The position numbers and the translations under genes were made by a program. A stretch of DNA of 64,000 bases, from the NCBI GenBank assembly GCA_041690295.1, contig JAWLHR010000003.1, positions 32,001-96,000 of the forward strand, in the 5' to 3' direction. This stretch comes from Bdellovibrionales bacterium (GTDB taxonomy: Bacteria > Bdellovibrionota > Bdellovibrionia > Bdellovibrionales > UBA1609). Below, one piece after another: positions 21,339 through 31,407 of the stretch. How positions within the stretch are numbered: the first letter of the stretch is position 1; each line of letters begins with the position of its first letter. A model generated the notes under the pieces. The model saw nothing but the letters and a program-made list of their open reading frames with translations. It did no database searches and was not told the origin of the DNA.

Positions 21339-21533
21339 TCAAAGGTGATCGATTACGATATCCCGAGCCATCACGGTTTTGCGACCATCGGCTTTTGCGG
21401 AATCAATGCCTTTTTGGCACAGCCGTTCCACGGCTTTACTCAAAATATCGATGGTTTCGGCCGAAGTGTTGCAACCGCCCTTTTCTTTAATGAACTTCTT
21501 AACTTTGCTGGTAACTACCAGAACGTCTGCCAT
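21339..21533 (-). CDS. Bacterial histone (singlet histone fold, Bd0055/HBb type), 64 aa
   Basis: MADVLVVTSKVKKFIKEKGGCNTSAETIDILSKAVERLCQKGIDSAKADGRKTVMARDIVIDHL. Three helices and the A...GRKTV...D histone L2/alpha3 signature. Strong SD GGAGGAG 5 nt before ATG, so the true start is 21533, not 21575. Confidence 0.93.
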   Translation of the reverse strand: MADVLVVTSKVKKFIKEKGGCNTSAETIDILSKAVERLCQKGIDSAKADGRKTVMARDIVIDHL

Positions 21534-21670
21534 GTGTTCTCCTCCACGCGGAATTCGAAACAAGATTAGCGTCATCTCAAATTAAAGGGAACGCCATTTG
21601 AAATTAGACACTGTGCCCAACAGCGGCGATGGGCCGTGGGAAGTGACAATAAAGGGCTCTTCAAACTAGC

Positions 21671-21723
21671 TAACTCATTGATTTGGGACATTAAATCCAC
21701 ATTTGGCCGGGCCTACATATTGC
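21671..21723 (+). promoter_or_regulatory. IHF-like site plus possible sigma-54 promoter of the transglycosylase
   Basis: 21671-21683 reads AATCAA-TGAG-TTA on the minus strand (WATCAA-N4-TTR). GG-CCTACATATT-GC lies at 21710-21723. Confidence 0.4.
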
Positions 21724-21736
21724 TCAGCGTTACGGC

Positions 21737-23104
21737 ATGTCAAAAAGAAAGCAGCTTGTTGGCCAATTCGGTCTTATGGCCCTGATTGCCTTAAGTGCGG
21801 GCATTCCCCAGGTTTTCGGGGCCACGCCCAAGCGGGCCACACCAACTGAATATTTCCCTTTGCTGCAGTTGCCCTTGGATGAACCCCAGGTCCAACCGCC
21901 TCGCACGGACCCACCCTCCGCGGAGGACCAGCGCCGCTGGCTGGAATTAAAAAAGTATATCTTAAACGATTCACAACAACGAATTTCCCCCCAGTTTTCC
22001 ATTCCCCATGGACTTTATCAGCGCACCTCTTTTTGGTTCGACATCTATACCCGGTACGGTGAAAACCATCATGTCATTCATCACGTGCGCTATCCGTGGA
22101 TCATCTATCAAGTTTTCGATACAACCCGCACCTTGCAAAACGGTCTCGGACCTCTTTGGCTCAGGCGCGACCGCGCGGAAAAGCTCGCCAGGAAGCAAAC
22201 GGAAAAAATCCGATTAGCGCTCAAGCGGCTCGCACGAAAACGGAATTACCGCCGACTGAAAGGTTTGGAGAAATCTCTTTACGACAAGCTGGCTCATCTT
22301 CCAGGGCCGCGCCAAAAAGTATTTCGGGAAGCCGCGGAAAACGTGCGCTCCCAACTGGGACAAAAAGACTTCTTTTTGCGGGGACTCGCCAATTCCACTC
22401 GCTATTTACCGCATATGGAAGCCGAGTTCAGACGAGCCCAGCTTCCCGTGGAGCTGACTCGACTTCCATTCGTGGAAAGCAGTTTCAATGAGAACGCATA
22501 TTCAAAGGTTGGCGCCAGCGGTATATGGCAGATCATGCCGGAGACCGGTAAGTCCTATTTGATTGTGAATAAATATGTGGATGAACGAAATTCTCCGCTG
22601 AAGGCCACGCAAGCCGCGGCGAAAATTTTGCGTTCCTACTCGCGAGCGCTTGGCGATTGGGCGCTCGCTGTAACGGCCTATAACAACGGAATCGGTAATA
22701 TCCAAAAAGCCATAAAGCACGCCGGCTCTAGGGATTTGGCCACCATTATCGCTCGCTACCATCGCGGCGACTTCAAATTCGCGTCAGGGAATTTCTACAC
22801 CTGCTTTCTCGCGGCACTGCACGCGGAACGCTATCACGAATTGCTTTTTAGAAACTTGCTGCGAAATCCCGTGATCAAACGAGACATCATCCGGTTGGGC
22901 AAGAAAACCCGTGCGCGAAAATTGCCTTCACTTGTGGGTGTGAGCAAAGACGAACTTCTGGAATACAACCGTGATTTGAAAGCGGCTTACCGCCATAATG
23001 CCGTGTTGCCGAAGGGATTTAGACTTTTCGTGCCACCGGCTTCCGATTTGAACCGGACCCGGGCGGTCGGAACTCAAGCCAACCGCCGAGATTCGAAATC
23101 CTGA
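21737..23104 (+). CDS. Lytic transglycosylase (SLT/MltD-like)
   Basis: Catalytic VESSF, GASGIWQIMP, VDER and AYNNG motifs; signal peptide; degenerate C-terminal LysM-like segment. Confidence 0.9.
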   Translation: MSKRKQLVGQFGLMALIALSAGIPQVFGATPKRATPTEYFPLLQLPLDEPQVQPPRTDPPSAEDQRRWLELKKYILNDSQQRISPQFSIPHGLYQRTSFWFDIYTRYGENHHVIHHVRYPWIIYQVFDTTRTLQNGLGPLWLRRDRAEKLARKQTEKIRLALKRLARKRNYRRLKGLEKSLYDKLAHLPGPRQKVFREAAENVRSQLGQKDFFLRGLANSTRYLPHMEAEFRRAQLPVELTRLPFVESSFNENAYSKVGASGIWQIMPETGKSYLIVNKYVDERNSPLKATQAAAKILRSYSRALGDWALAVTAYNNGIGNIQKAIKHAGSRDLATIIARYHRGDFKFASGNFYTCFLAALHAERYHELLFRNLLRNPVIKRDIIRLGKKTRARKLPSLVGVSKDELLEYNRDLKAAYRHNAVLPKGFRLFVPPASDLNRTRAVGTQANRRDSKS

Positions 23105-23110
23105 TCGGCC

Positions 23111-25258
23111 TTATAAGCCCGCGGACCAGGTGAGAACCTGAACGTACTCGGGTTCCGCGACCACAATCTGAGCATGTGAATTTTTGGAATTGAGCGGGTG
23201 AATATAAACTGTTTGTAATCCTTTGGGGGCATTGAAAATCACGAATCCACCGCCCGCAATTCCGTGGCGCGATTCCACCACCGCGCCCTGTGCATCAAAG
23301 AACACGATCTGCAACGGTTCGTTGGGAGCCAGACCGGTCATCTCGACTTCATAATCCTGATCATCAACGAAACCCACGACGATTCCGCGGCCGGGAAGGG
23401 CCATTATATTATGTTGATTAAATAGATTCGCCAGCCAATCGCGACGAATCACCGGCACAATAAGGTTCTGGGGTCGACCTGTTAATGTCATGCGGGTGAC
23501 TTCGTATTCGTATCCCGCTTCCGCCTCGACCATAAAAGGATTGGCGCCATTCGCGTACTGGACCAGTCCCTCATTTTGAATGGATACGATGTCATCCGTG
23601 CCCACTAAACGGATTCGCGCTTCGGGGATTTGCGCGGAGCCCAGAAGATCAACCACTTTGAAATGGGTGACATTATTCTCTTCAAGTTCAATATCCACGT
23701 AAGACACGTGTTTCTTTTCCGTCGGGAAAATCTGCGCCGGATAGATCCGGTTGTTCGCGCGCACTCTTAACGCTTGAACGCCCGCTCGCACGTTAACGAA
23801 CGCGAACAAGCCGTTGTTCGAGGTGGTTTTTAGTGAAGAGTCGGGGAGATAGAGTTCATTAAAGTAAACCGGTTTGTAATCGCCCGCCATTTCAACACTC
23901 ACGCCAGCCAAGACTTTACCGTTTCGGCGAACCTGCCCCCAGACAACGGCCGCTTGCGCCGCTTCCTTGCGATCGGTCATCGTCGGCGATTCCAAATTGA
24001 TCAAAGCATCGACCAGTTTATTGGAGAACAGGCGGATATCCTGTGATTGATCAGTGTGGCCAACCACCAACGAAGCCCAATGCTTAGGGGCCGTCGCCCT
24101 GGCCACGAAGCTGGACCTCGCGCTTAAGGCGGAGTTGTTATAAAAACCCTCATCATTCACTTTTTGCGGCTTGGTAAAATTCTCGATTTCAACCTTTGCC
24201 GTACGAACCGGAATTTTGTGTTCGCCATGCGAGTAGCCCGAGATCGCGCGGAAGTTGGCACCCTCGGCGGTTGGCCGTAGGGCTAAACGGATATCCGCGA
24301 TCCGGTTATCTTTCGTGGGGATCGTCTGCAATTGGACAAGATTCAATTCACCGCGACCGAGCACTCGACCATCGCGAGTGGTTAATTCCGCGACCAATTG
24401 TCCCAGCGCACTCTTCACATAGATCTCGAATCGGCCCTCACTGACCCAAATTTTTCCTTTCTCATGGGTCTCGCCGTTCAACACACGTTTCACCACGATT
24501 TCGCTTTCAGGTCCGATGAACGCCAATCCACCGGTCATCTCCACGTGTCCCTGTAACCATAACGGTCGCATAGCATCGGGATTGGGGCGAAAGCTCATCA
24601 CACTGGCGATTGGGTTCGGACTCGTGTCTTCAACGGGTTCCTCAACCGGTGGTGGTTCCTCCTTATGATTATCCGCTTTGGCCACAATGATTTTCGTTCC
24701 CGTGACGGACGGGATGACCTTTTGATCCGGTTTCAAAATCGCTTCCTGGACGAGTTTTTTAGCCCGCGCGGCCGGAGTTTCGAAACTTTCGCGCTCCCGC
24801 GCCAATTGTTGAGCCAGAATTTCTTTGCGCTGTGCGAGAGGGAGTAAGTTTCCTTTTGAATCGGTTAAAGATAATGATGGTGCTGATCGAGTTTTGAATT
24901 CAGTTTGTCCCGCGACATAAAAAGGTTGCGGCGAATCGGCCTCTTGTTTTCGAATCGTCAAACCAGCCATGCGGATCATTCGGTATCCGCTATCCATCTT
25001 GAACGGAACGAACTTTTCCCCGGCGGTGAGTAATTCGCTTTCTTTCGGCCAATTCCGGTCGGGCGGATTGTAATCCTTATTAATATCTTCGAAGGCCGCG
25101 TAAGCCGGTGAGGCCTTATAAGCGGAGACGGAAAGTCCTCCGAAGGTTCCGCGGAAATCAACTTTGTGAATAGTTAAGGGAAAGAGTGTGACCAGCAACG
25201 CGGCTAATCGAGGTGTCCAATAAAAGCGAGCCGGATGGCGAACGTCGTCCCTGATCAT
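23111..25258 (-). CDS. Hypothetical exported beta-rich protein (carboxypeptidase-regulatory-like domains)
   Basis: N-terminal hydrophobic segment; VWGQV...AGVSV...TSNNGLFAF-type prealbumin-like motifs. Confidence 0.7.
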   Translation of the reverse strand: MIRDDVRHPARFYWTPRLAALLVTLFPLTIHKVDFRGTFGGLSVSAYKASPAYAAFEDINKDYNPPDRNWPKESELLTAGEKFVPFKMDSGYRMIRMAGLTIRKQEADSPQPFYVAGQTEFKTRSAPSLSLTDSKGNLLPLAQRKEILAQQLARERESFETPAARAKKLVQEAILKPDQKVIPSVTGTKIIVAKADNHKEEPPPVEEPVEDTSPNPIASVMSFRPNPDAMRPLWLQGHVEMTGGLAFIGPESEIVVKRVLNGETHEKGKIWVSEGRFEIYVKSALGQLVAELTTRDGRVLGRGELNLVQLQTIPTKDNRIADIRLALRPTAEGANFRAISGYSHGEHKIPVRTAKVEIENFTKPQKVNDEGFYNNSALSARSSFVARATAPKHWASLVVGHTDQSQDIRLFSNKLVDALINLESPTMTDRKEAAQAAVVWGQVRRNGKVLAGVSVEMAGDYKPVYFNELYLPDSSLKTTSNNGLFAFVNVRAGVQALRVRANNRIYPAQIFPTEKKHVSYVDIELEENNVTHFKVVDLLGSAQIPEARIRLVGTDDIVSIQNEGLVQYANGANPFMVEAEAGYEYEVTRMTLTGRPQNLIVPVIRRDWLANLFNQHNIMALPGRGIVVGFVDDQDYEVEMTGLAPNEPLQIVFFDAQGAVVESRHGIAGGGFVIFNAPKGLQTVYIHPLNSKNSHAQIVVAEPEYVQVLTWSAGL

Positions 25259-25272
25259 TCTTGGATAGTCTG

Positions 25273-25746
25273 TTAGAATACTCGAAAATCGTCAATGATG
25301 TTGCGATCTTCGCGACGTTTGGCAAGTTCGTCCTCAATAATCCGGGCGATGTCCTTGGCTAGCATATGGTCGTAATAATCAATCACGTAACGAAAACTAT
25401 CTCCGCGCAAAACGCGCTTTTCATGTGCCACCAAGACTTCGATCGAGTAAGGACGGCGATCTCCCAGTATGAGAATTTTCACGAAATATCGCTCAAGTGC
25501 GTGGCCCGCCGGCTTAATGCTGTTATCACGGCGGTTAACTAAAAAATGTTTGGAGAGAATTTCCCGGCCATTTCCGCTGATGGACCGGTAACCCATGCGC
25601 AAAGCCGCCAATACAGCTGAACGAACGTCTGATAAGGGTGCTTCTACATCGTTGATGTAGACCGTTTCTCTTGGCTTCCCAATGTTACTGAACGTCGAGC
25701 AACCAACCAACAAGCCGAGCGATAGGATAGCAAGATGTTTAAACAT
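25273..25746 (-). CDS. Hypothetical lipoprotein
   Basis: Lipobox LVGC; in operon after tal. Confidence 0.8.
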   Translation of the reverse strand: MFKHLAILSLGLLVGCSTFSNIGKPRETVYINDVEAPLSDVRSAVLAALRMGYRSISGNGREILSKHFLVNRRDNSIKPAGHALERYFVKILILGDRRPYSIEVLVAHEKRVLRGDSFRYVIDYYDHMLAKDIARIIEDELAKRREDRNIIDDFRVF

Positions 25747-25750
25747 CTCG

Positions 25751-26395
25751 CTATTTTGGCACGTTTTGAGCGTCTTTCAAGAATTGCGCGATGCCTTTAT
25801 CAGTTAATGGATGATTCACCAACTGCTGCATGACTTTATAGGGGCAGGTCACAATGTCCGCGCCAACCATTGCCGCTTCCAGAACATGAATCGGATGTCT
25901 GACACTCGCGACTAAGATCTGAGTATTCAGTGAGTAGTTATGGAAAATCTGAGTAATCTGAGTAATCAAATTCATTCCATTGCTGGAAATATCGTCCAAG
26001 CGCCCGACGAAAGGACTGCAAAGAGTCGCTCCCGCTTTGGCCACCAAGAGTGCTTGCAGAGGTGAGAAGATCAACGTGACATTGGTCTTAATGCCTTCCG
26101 CTGCTAAGCGACGTACCGCGATCAGTCCGTCTTCACTCATGGGAATTTTAACCACGACGTTGTCAGCGATCTTGGCCAGCTCCATGCCTTCACGAACCAT
26201 CTCTTCCGCTTGCAATGAAACCACCTCGGCGGAAACCAGACCTTTGACCTCTTTGCAGATGTCTTTGATCACATCTTCGTGACGACGACCGGTCTTGGCG
26301 ACAAGCGTTGGATTGGTGGTGACGCCATCCACCCAACCTCGACGATTGGCTTGGCGAATTTCTTCTATGTCCGCGGAATCGATATAAAACTGCAT
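25751..26395 (-). CDS. tal: Transaldolase / fructose-6-phosphate aldolase family
   Basis: [13 protein letters not shown] (Schiff-base Lys), SPFVGRLDD and HPLTDKG. Confidence 0.92.
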   Translation of the reverse strand: MQFYIDSADIEEIRQANRRGWVDGVTTNPTLVAKTGRRHEDVIKDICKEVKGLVSAEVVSLQAEEMVREGMELAKIADNVVVKIPMSEDGLIAVRRLAAEGIKTNVTLIFSPLQALLVAKAGATLCSPFVGRLDDISSNGMNLITQITQIFHNYSLNTQILVASVRHPIHVLEAAMVGADIVTCPYKVMQQLVNHPLTDKGIAQFLKDAQNVPK

Positions 26396-26416
26396 GGCCT
26401 AAGGGCTCCTATATAT

Positions 26417-27112
26417 TCAATCAACTTGGTAAAGGTCGCTTAATTCATAGAGTCCGGGTTTACCTTTGTCAAATAACCACCATGCGGCCTGGATCGCTCC
26501 ACGGGCAAAGACCCGCCGATGATGGGCTGTATGCCGCAACAATAACGACTCTTCCGGGCCCTCAGCTTCGATCTGATGAACCCCCGGGGAATTTCCGATG
26601 CGGTAACTTCGAATCTTGGGTATGGGTCGATTCAACTGTCTGGCCAGTTCTTCTCCCAGTAACTTAGCGGTTCCGCTAGGTTTATCTTTCTTGTGGCGGT
26701 GATGGGTTTCTTCCATGTGGAAACGCCAATCCCTGATCCTTTTGAACTGCCGAAGCATCGCGGCCATCACCGCAATACCAAGACTCATGTTGGCGGAATA
26801 GAGGAGCGGAATTTGCCGCGCCGCTTTTTTCATTAAGCTCCGGTCACTCGGCTTCAGTCCAGTGGTTCCGGAAACGAGAGGGACTTTATTCCGTCGGCAC
26901 CATTCAACGGCGGCGCGAAAACCCTCCGGCGTGGAGAAGTCGACAACCAAATCCAATTCCCGCGATCGCCCTTTCGGCCAATCTTCCGGCGCATCCACTT
27001 TCTTTATGATTTGGATTCGCGATTTGGAGGCCAAGCGCGTGATCTCACGCCCCATCCTTCCTTTCGCTCCAACCAAAATGATTTTCAGAGTTTTCCGATG
27101 GCGGCGAGGCAC
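26417..27112 (-). CDS. dapB: 4-hydroxy-tetrahydrodipicolinate reductase
   Basis: GAKGRMG, VDFS, SGTTG and ETHHRHKKDKPSGTA. Start uncertain. Confidence 0.93.
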   Translation of the reverse strand: MPRRHRKTLKIILVGAKGRMGREITRLASKSRIQIIKKVDAPEDWPKGRSRELDLVVDFSTPEGFRAAVEWCRRNKVPLVSGTTGLKPSDRSLMKKAARQIPLLYSANMSLGIAVMAAMLRQFKRIRDWRFHMEETHHRHKKDKPSGTAKLLGEELARQLNRPIPKIRSYRIGNSPGVHQIEAEGPEESLLLRHTAHHRRVFARGAIQAAWWLFDKGKPGLYELSDLYQVD

Positions 27113-27948
27113 GTTCTAAAATCCTTATGATAACGCTCATCCAATGCCACGAGCGGCGGGCGCAGTTCCGGACTGTTGAAGATCCCCATCCAATGAAGCG
27201 CCATTTTGAGGGGAATCGGATTGGCTTCGATGTAGAGCAGTCGGAAAAACTCCGCATATTTCTTTTGGTAATCAGCGGAAGAACGGGCGGCGATATGCTC
27301 CTTCATTTCCGCGCCGATAATGTGCGAACTCACGGAAATCACTCCATGACCGCCAAGTCGGCAAAACTCCACGGAGCTGGCGTCGTCACCTGATAACAAA
27401 ATAAATTCCTCGCTCACCAGGCTTTTGATTTTGGCGAGGAGATCCATATTCCCCGTGGCTTCCTTGATGCCCACGATATTCTTGTTCCGAGCTAATTCAG
27501 CGATCGTTTCCGCTTCAAGTCCCGCCACCGTTCGCGAAGGCACGTTGTAGAGAATGACCGGAACGGATGAAGCCTCGGCCACCGCTTGAAAATGACGGAG
27601 CAATCCGCGCTGTGGGGGCCGATTGTAATAAGGAACCACCGAAAGCACCGCGTCCGCTTGCAAACGGCTCGCGCGGGCTGAAAGTTCACAGGCGTTTTGG
27701 GTGTTGTTGGATCCGGTCCCAATGATCAATGGCACTTGTCCGGCCACTTCATTCTTAGCCAAATTAAAAAGATCTTCGACTTCATTCCACGTAAGCGTGG
27801 GACTTTCCCCCGTCGTGCCGTTGATGACGAAACCGTCGACACCTTGATCCAATTGTGACTTGATCAAACGAACGAATGAATTCTTATCGACCTGGCCTTC
27901 CTTAAAAGGAGTGGCGAGAGCCGTGATCACACCAGTGAATTTGGTCAT
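27085..27948 (-). CDS. dapA: 4-hydroxy-tetrahydrodipicolinate synthase
   Basis: GTTGESPTL, LYNVPSRT, GIKEA, SGDD and NPIP. Confidence 0.96.
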   Translation of the reverse strand: MTKFTGVITALATPFKEGQVDKNSFVRLIKSQLDQGVDGFVINGTTGESPTLTWNEVEDLFNLAKNEVAGQVPLIIGTGSNNTQNACELSARASRLQADAVLSVVPYYNRPPQRGLLRHFQAVAEASSVPVILYNVPSRTVAGLEAETIAELARNKNIVGIKEATGNMDLLAKIKSLVSEEFILLSGDDASSVEFCRLGGHGVISVSSHIIGAEMKEHIAARSSADYQKKYAEFFRLLYIEANPIPLKMALHWMGIFNSPELRPPLVALDERYHKDFRTCLAAIGKL

Positions 27949-28178
27949 CTCTCATCTTCCTCGGGTTCGGTTTCATTGACCTCTTCTTCGTCGTGGATGG
28001 AGCGATGTTGCTGGATTTGAATCCCCTCGGTGGCACGCCGGTAAGTCGGACGACCCCGACCCAATTCGACGGGCCGTTCAGGCGGGAGCGGATCACCTTT
28101 AACGCCACAGCCGATCAACAACAGACTCCACAGAAGCGGAAGCCGTTTAAATATCGCTTTTGTTCGCGGCCAATTCAT
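27945..28178 (-). CDS. Small lipoprotein, LptM/YifL-like
   Basis: LLIGCGVKGDPLPPE matches CGxKGxL/PxP; acidic tail; adjacent to DAP genes. Confidence 0.65.
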   Translation of the reverse strand: MNWPRTKAIFKRLPLLWSLLLIGCGVKGDPLPPERPVELGRGRPTYRRATEGIQIQQHRSIHDEEEVNETEPEEDER

Positions 28179-28974
28179 CGTCCACTTCTTTCACCCGAGT
28201 GCAAAGATCGGGCTCATAGGAGAAACGCTTCCGTTCACGCAACGTCAGACTTTTGCAAATCATCGAGTATTTCTGTAACCACGGCGTGGTTTCTCGTTCC
28301 AAGACCCGGGCCGCCGACGCCAGATGATAGTAAGCCTCGGGAAACTGGGGAAACTCGTCCACGATTTTTGTCAAAGCGTCGAAGGCTTTGCCGCTTGAGT
28401 TCTGGCGGATCTGTTCTTGCGCCATCAAGTATTGAACGAACGATTGATCCCACTTCTCACTGAGATTCAAGCTTTTCACTTTCTCCCGGAAAAGATCATA
28501 TTTTTTCGCGCAGAGAAGACCGCGCAATTCCAGAACCGCCAACTCCGGCGCATGAGGGTTTAGTCCACGGGCCATTTCCAAATTCACCAAGGCCGCATCG
28601 CAATCACGCTTGATCATCTGCGCGCGAGCCAAATTCGCGAGAATCAGTACGTTTTCATCTTCCAGATTTTTCGCCTCGCGAAGTTGCGTGAGCGCCATGT
28701 CGGGGTTTTCAAACAAAAGGACCTGACCCGATTCAAAAAGCTTTTGCCCTTTGTCGGTGAAAAAAACTTTTGAAACCTGATTGAGACTTTCGATCAACTT
28801 GGAGCGTCCGCGCACCTGAGGTGCGGTGGATTTGTAAGCGCGATTCAAAACGGCGCAAGCTTCCTTGCGGTTCTTTTTCAAGGCGAGAGCCTGGGCTTGC
28901 TCGATCGCGGCTGTAATGGAGTCGCTGGGCATCGCCGGCAGGTGCAGCGACATCATCAATATCATCCAGATCAT
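28147..28974 (-). CDS. Exported TPR protein
   Basis: Hydrophobic N-terminus; TPR-like helices (FPQFPEAYYHLA). Confidence 0.75.
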   Translation of the reverse strand: MIWMILMMSLHLPAMPSDSITAAIEQAQALALKKNRKEACAVLNRAYKSTAPQVRGRSKLIESLNQVSKVFFTDKGQKLFESGQVLLFENPDMALTQLREAKNLEDENVLILANLARAQMIKRDCDAALVNLEMARGLNPHAPELAVLELRGLLCAKKYDLFREKVKSLNLSEKWDQSFVQYLMAQEQIRQNSSGKAFDALTKIVDEFPQFPEAYYHLASAARVLERETTPWLQKYSMICKSLTLRERKRFSYEPDLCTRVKEVDDELAANKSDI

Positions 28975-29011
28975 GACCGATTAATTGACCAGCTTCGTCG
29001 TAAGAAGGCAA

Positions 29012-31327
29012 CTATTTCGGCATTTCACGCACTAAGACCTGACGCGGCTTGGATCCATTGGCTGGTCCCACCACGCCTTCGGCCTCAAAAATTTCGATCA
29101 TGCGCGCGGCGCGGGGATATCCCAGCCGGAACTTTCGTTGCAAAAGAGAGGCGCTGACTTCGCGCTGCGATGCCACCCAGGCGAGGACTTCATCGTAACG
29201 CTCATCCTTGATTTCATCGTCGTCAAAACCATCGGCACCGTCTCCACCCACCGAGGGATCCAGATCATAGCCGCCGCCTGAACCCTCGATCGCACGCATG
29301 GCGAGCGGATCATATTCCGGTTCTCCCTGGCGCTTCCATTCGCGCACCACCTGGGCGATCTCGAACTCACTTAAGAACGGTCCGTGATGACGTTCCGGTT
29401 TTGAAACACCTGGTGCAAGAAAGAGCATGTCACCACGCGCCAGCAAACGTTCCGCGCCACTCTCATCAAGAATAATGCGCGAATCCATTTTGCTCGCCAC
29501 CTTGAAGCTGATCCGGCCTGGAATATTGGTTTTGATCAAACCCGTAACCACATCCTTGCGCGGACTCTGCATCGCCAACACCAAATGAATTCCACAGGCG
29601 CGCGCCATCTGGGCCAAGCGAACAACCGCTTGTTCCACATTGACCTTGTCCACCGCCATCAGATCACCGAACTCTTCCACGACGATGACAATGTAGGGGA
29701 GCGGCTGAAAGTAGTAGGACTCGGGGTGGTACGCTCCTTCCAAAGAGGCGGTGAACTCGGAGTGAAGCGCCACTTGTTCGGCGGATAAATTTTCCACGAG
29801 TTCGTTGAATGATTCCAATCCCCGCGCGCCGAACTTGGACATGGATCTGTACCGCTTTTCCATTTCGCGAATCGCCCAACGAAGCGCGCCCACCGCTTTT
29901 TTCGGTTCGCGAATCGGGGGCATGACAAGATGGGGAATATCATTGAAGGCGGCCAGATCCACCTGCTTGGGATCAACCAGAATGAATTTCAGTGTCCGAG
30001 GCGAATGACGGAACAACAGTCCCGTGATCATTGAAACAACGAAGACCGATTTACCGGATCCCGTGGAACCCGCCACAAGCAAGTGCGGCATTTTTCGTAA
30101 ATCCACGATGCGCGGTTCTCCGTCCGCTTTTCTTCCTAAGGCCACGGGAAGTTTAACGTCATCGTTCCAAAAGGGCTCTTGCGAGATGATGTCCTTGAGA
30201 TAAACCGATTCTCTTTGGGAGTTCGAAGTTTCTATACCCACGACATCACGCCCCGGAATGGGCGCGATGATACGCACGGATTCACTGCTTAACGCCAATG
30301 ACAAATCATCCGCCAGTTCCGTGATCTTGCTGATTTTCACGTCGGCGGCGGGTTTGAATTCGAACATCGTCACGGCGGGACCCGGCTTAATTCCCACGAC
30401 TTCCCCGCGCACGGAAAATTGCGCGAGCTTTTCAACCAGGAGCCGGGCCTTCATCTTGATTTCACGTTCATCCAAACGGGTGCCCGAGTGGGGCGGATCC
30501 TCAAGAAGAGAAATCTTGGGCAATTCCCAATTGGCCACCCGGCGGGAAATCCGACCGAGAGAAATCCGTTTCGATTTCTCCTTCCGCTTACTGATTTGCT
30601 CGGTTAAAAATCCGCTCAGCGGCGCTTTGAAATCTTCTTCGGGTTCATCGATTTCATCGTCCTTTTCCGCGGACTTCGTTTGCGTGATTTTAAAGAATGT
30701 CTTGTTGGGAGCGGGCGTGGCCGGCGGTTGAACACGAACCTTGACCGGGGGCGAACTGAACCAGGCCGCCAGTTTTCTCACCTTCGCGGTCAAGACGTGA
30801 ATCGCGTCTTGGATTGTCCGGACCGGGCGGCTGAGAAGTTCCAACCAGGATTGTTCAGTGTAGATGACGATCATGGCGGCCAACCACGACCACAGGATGA
30901 TCGCCAGCCCCACTTTGTTGACCCCTTTGACCAGCACCGAAGACAGCATGGCACCGATCCAACCTCCCACACGCACATGGCCATTGAAAAATCGCCATTC
31001 ACCCCAATGGAGCGCGAGGAGCGCGGTCACGTTGATGATTAACAAAAGTTCAAACCACCATCGCGAGGACATGTTCCGGCTACGGGTGCGGCGAAGCGCG
31101 CCCCATACAAGCAGCCACGCGGGAAGTCCGAAAGCTTGATAAAAAAGGTCGGCCATGAATGAGCCGAAGTAACCGCACCAATTTTTTGGTCGCACGCTTG
31201 AGATCAAGGAATTAAACGATGGATCTTCAGGTGTGTAACTGGCCAGGGACGCACCTATGAACACCGCTACCGCGAGCCAGAAAAGAGCCTTCAAATCATT
31301 GTGAAATTTTTCGAATATACGTTTCAT
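29012..31327 (-). CDS. ftsK: DNA translocase FtsK
   Basis: 4TM N-domain, PHLLVAGSTGSGKS, QMARACGIHL, and gamma domain SASLLQRKFRLGYPRAAR. Confidence 0.97.
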   Translation of the reverse strand: MKRIFEKFHNDLKALFWLAVAVFIGASLASYTPEDPSFNSLISSVRPKNWCGYFGSFMADLFYQAFGLPAWLLVWGALRRTRSRNMSSRWWFELLLIINVTALLALHWGEWRFFNGHVRVGGWIGAMLSSVLVKGVNKVGLAIILWSWLAAMIVIYTEQSWLELLSRPVRTIQDAIHVLTAKVRKLAAWFSSPPVKVRVQPPATPAPNKTFFKITQTKSAEKDDEIDEPEEDFKAPLSGFLTEQISKRKEKSKRISLGRISRRVANWELPKISLLEDPPHSGTRLDEREIKMKARLLVEKLAQFSVRGEVVGIKPGPAVTMFEFKPAADVKISKITELADDLSLALSSESVRIIAPIPGRDVVGIETSNSQRESVYLKDIISQEPFWNDDVKLPVALGRKADGEPRIVDLRKMPHLLVAGSTGSGKSVFVVSMITGLLFRHSPRTLKFILVDPKQVDLAAFNDIPHLVMPPIREPKKAVGALRWAIREMEKRYRSMSKFGARGLESFNELVENLSAEQVALHSEFTASLEGAYHPESYYFQPLPYIVIVVEEFGDLMAVDKVNVEQAVVRLAQMARACGIHLVLAMQSPRKDVVTGLIKTNIPGRISFKVASKMDSRIILDESGAERLLARGDMLFLAPGVSKPERHHGPFLSEFEIAQVVREWKRQGEPEYDPLAMRAIEGSGGGYDLDPSVGGDGADGFDDDEIKDERYDEVLAWVASQREVSASLLQRKFRLGYPRAARMIEIFEAEGVVGPANGSKPRQVLVREMPK

Positions 31328-31407
31328 TACGACAGTTTATGAGAGCCTCTCCAGTAATGAAAGTCTGGATTTCGGACCGGCTCTAGTGTAAGTCTCAAGG
31401 CCAACGT

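Noticed and set aside
21345..21585. Plus-strand ORFs over the histone, and the 14-aa N-terminal extension to 21575
   Set aside because: They have no SD or motif. The SD at 21539-21545 and the family alignment fix the start at 21533 on the minus strand.
26710..26725. parS-like TCTTCCATGTGGAAAC
   Set aside because: Four mismatches to the parS consensus and inside dapB. I saw no convincing parS in the window.
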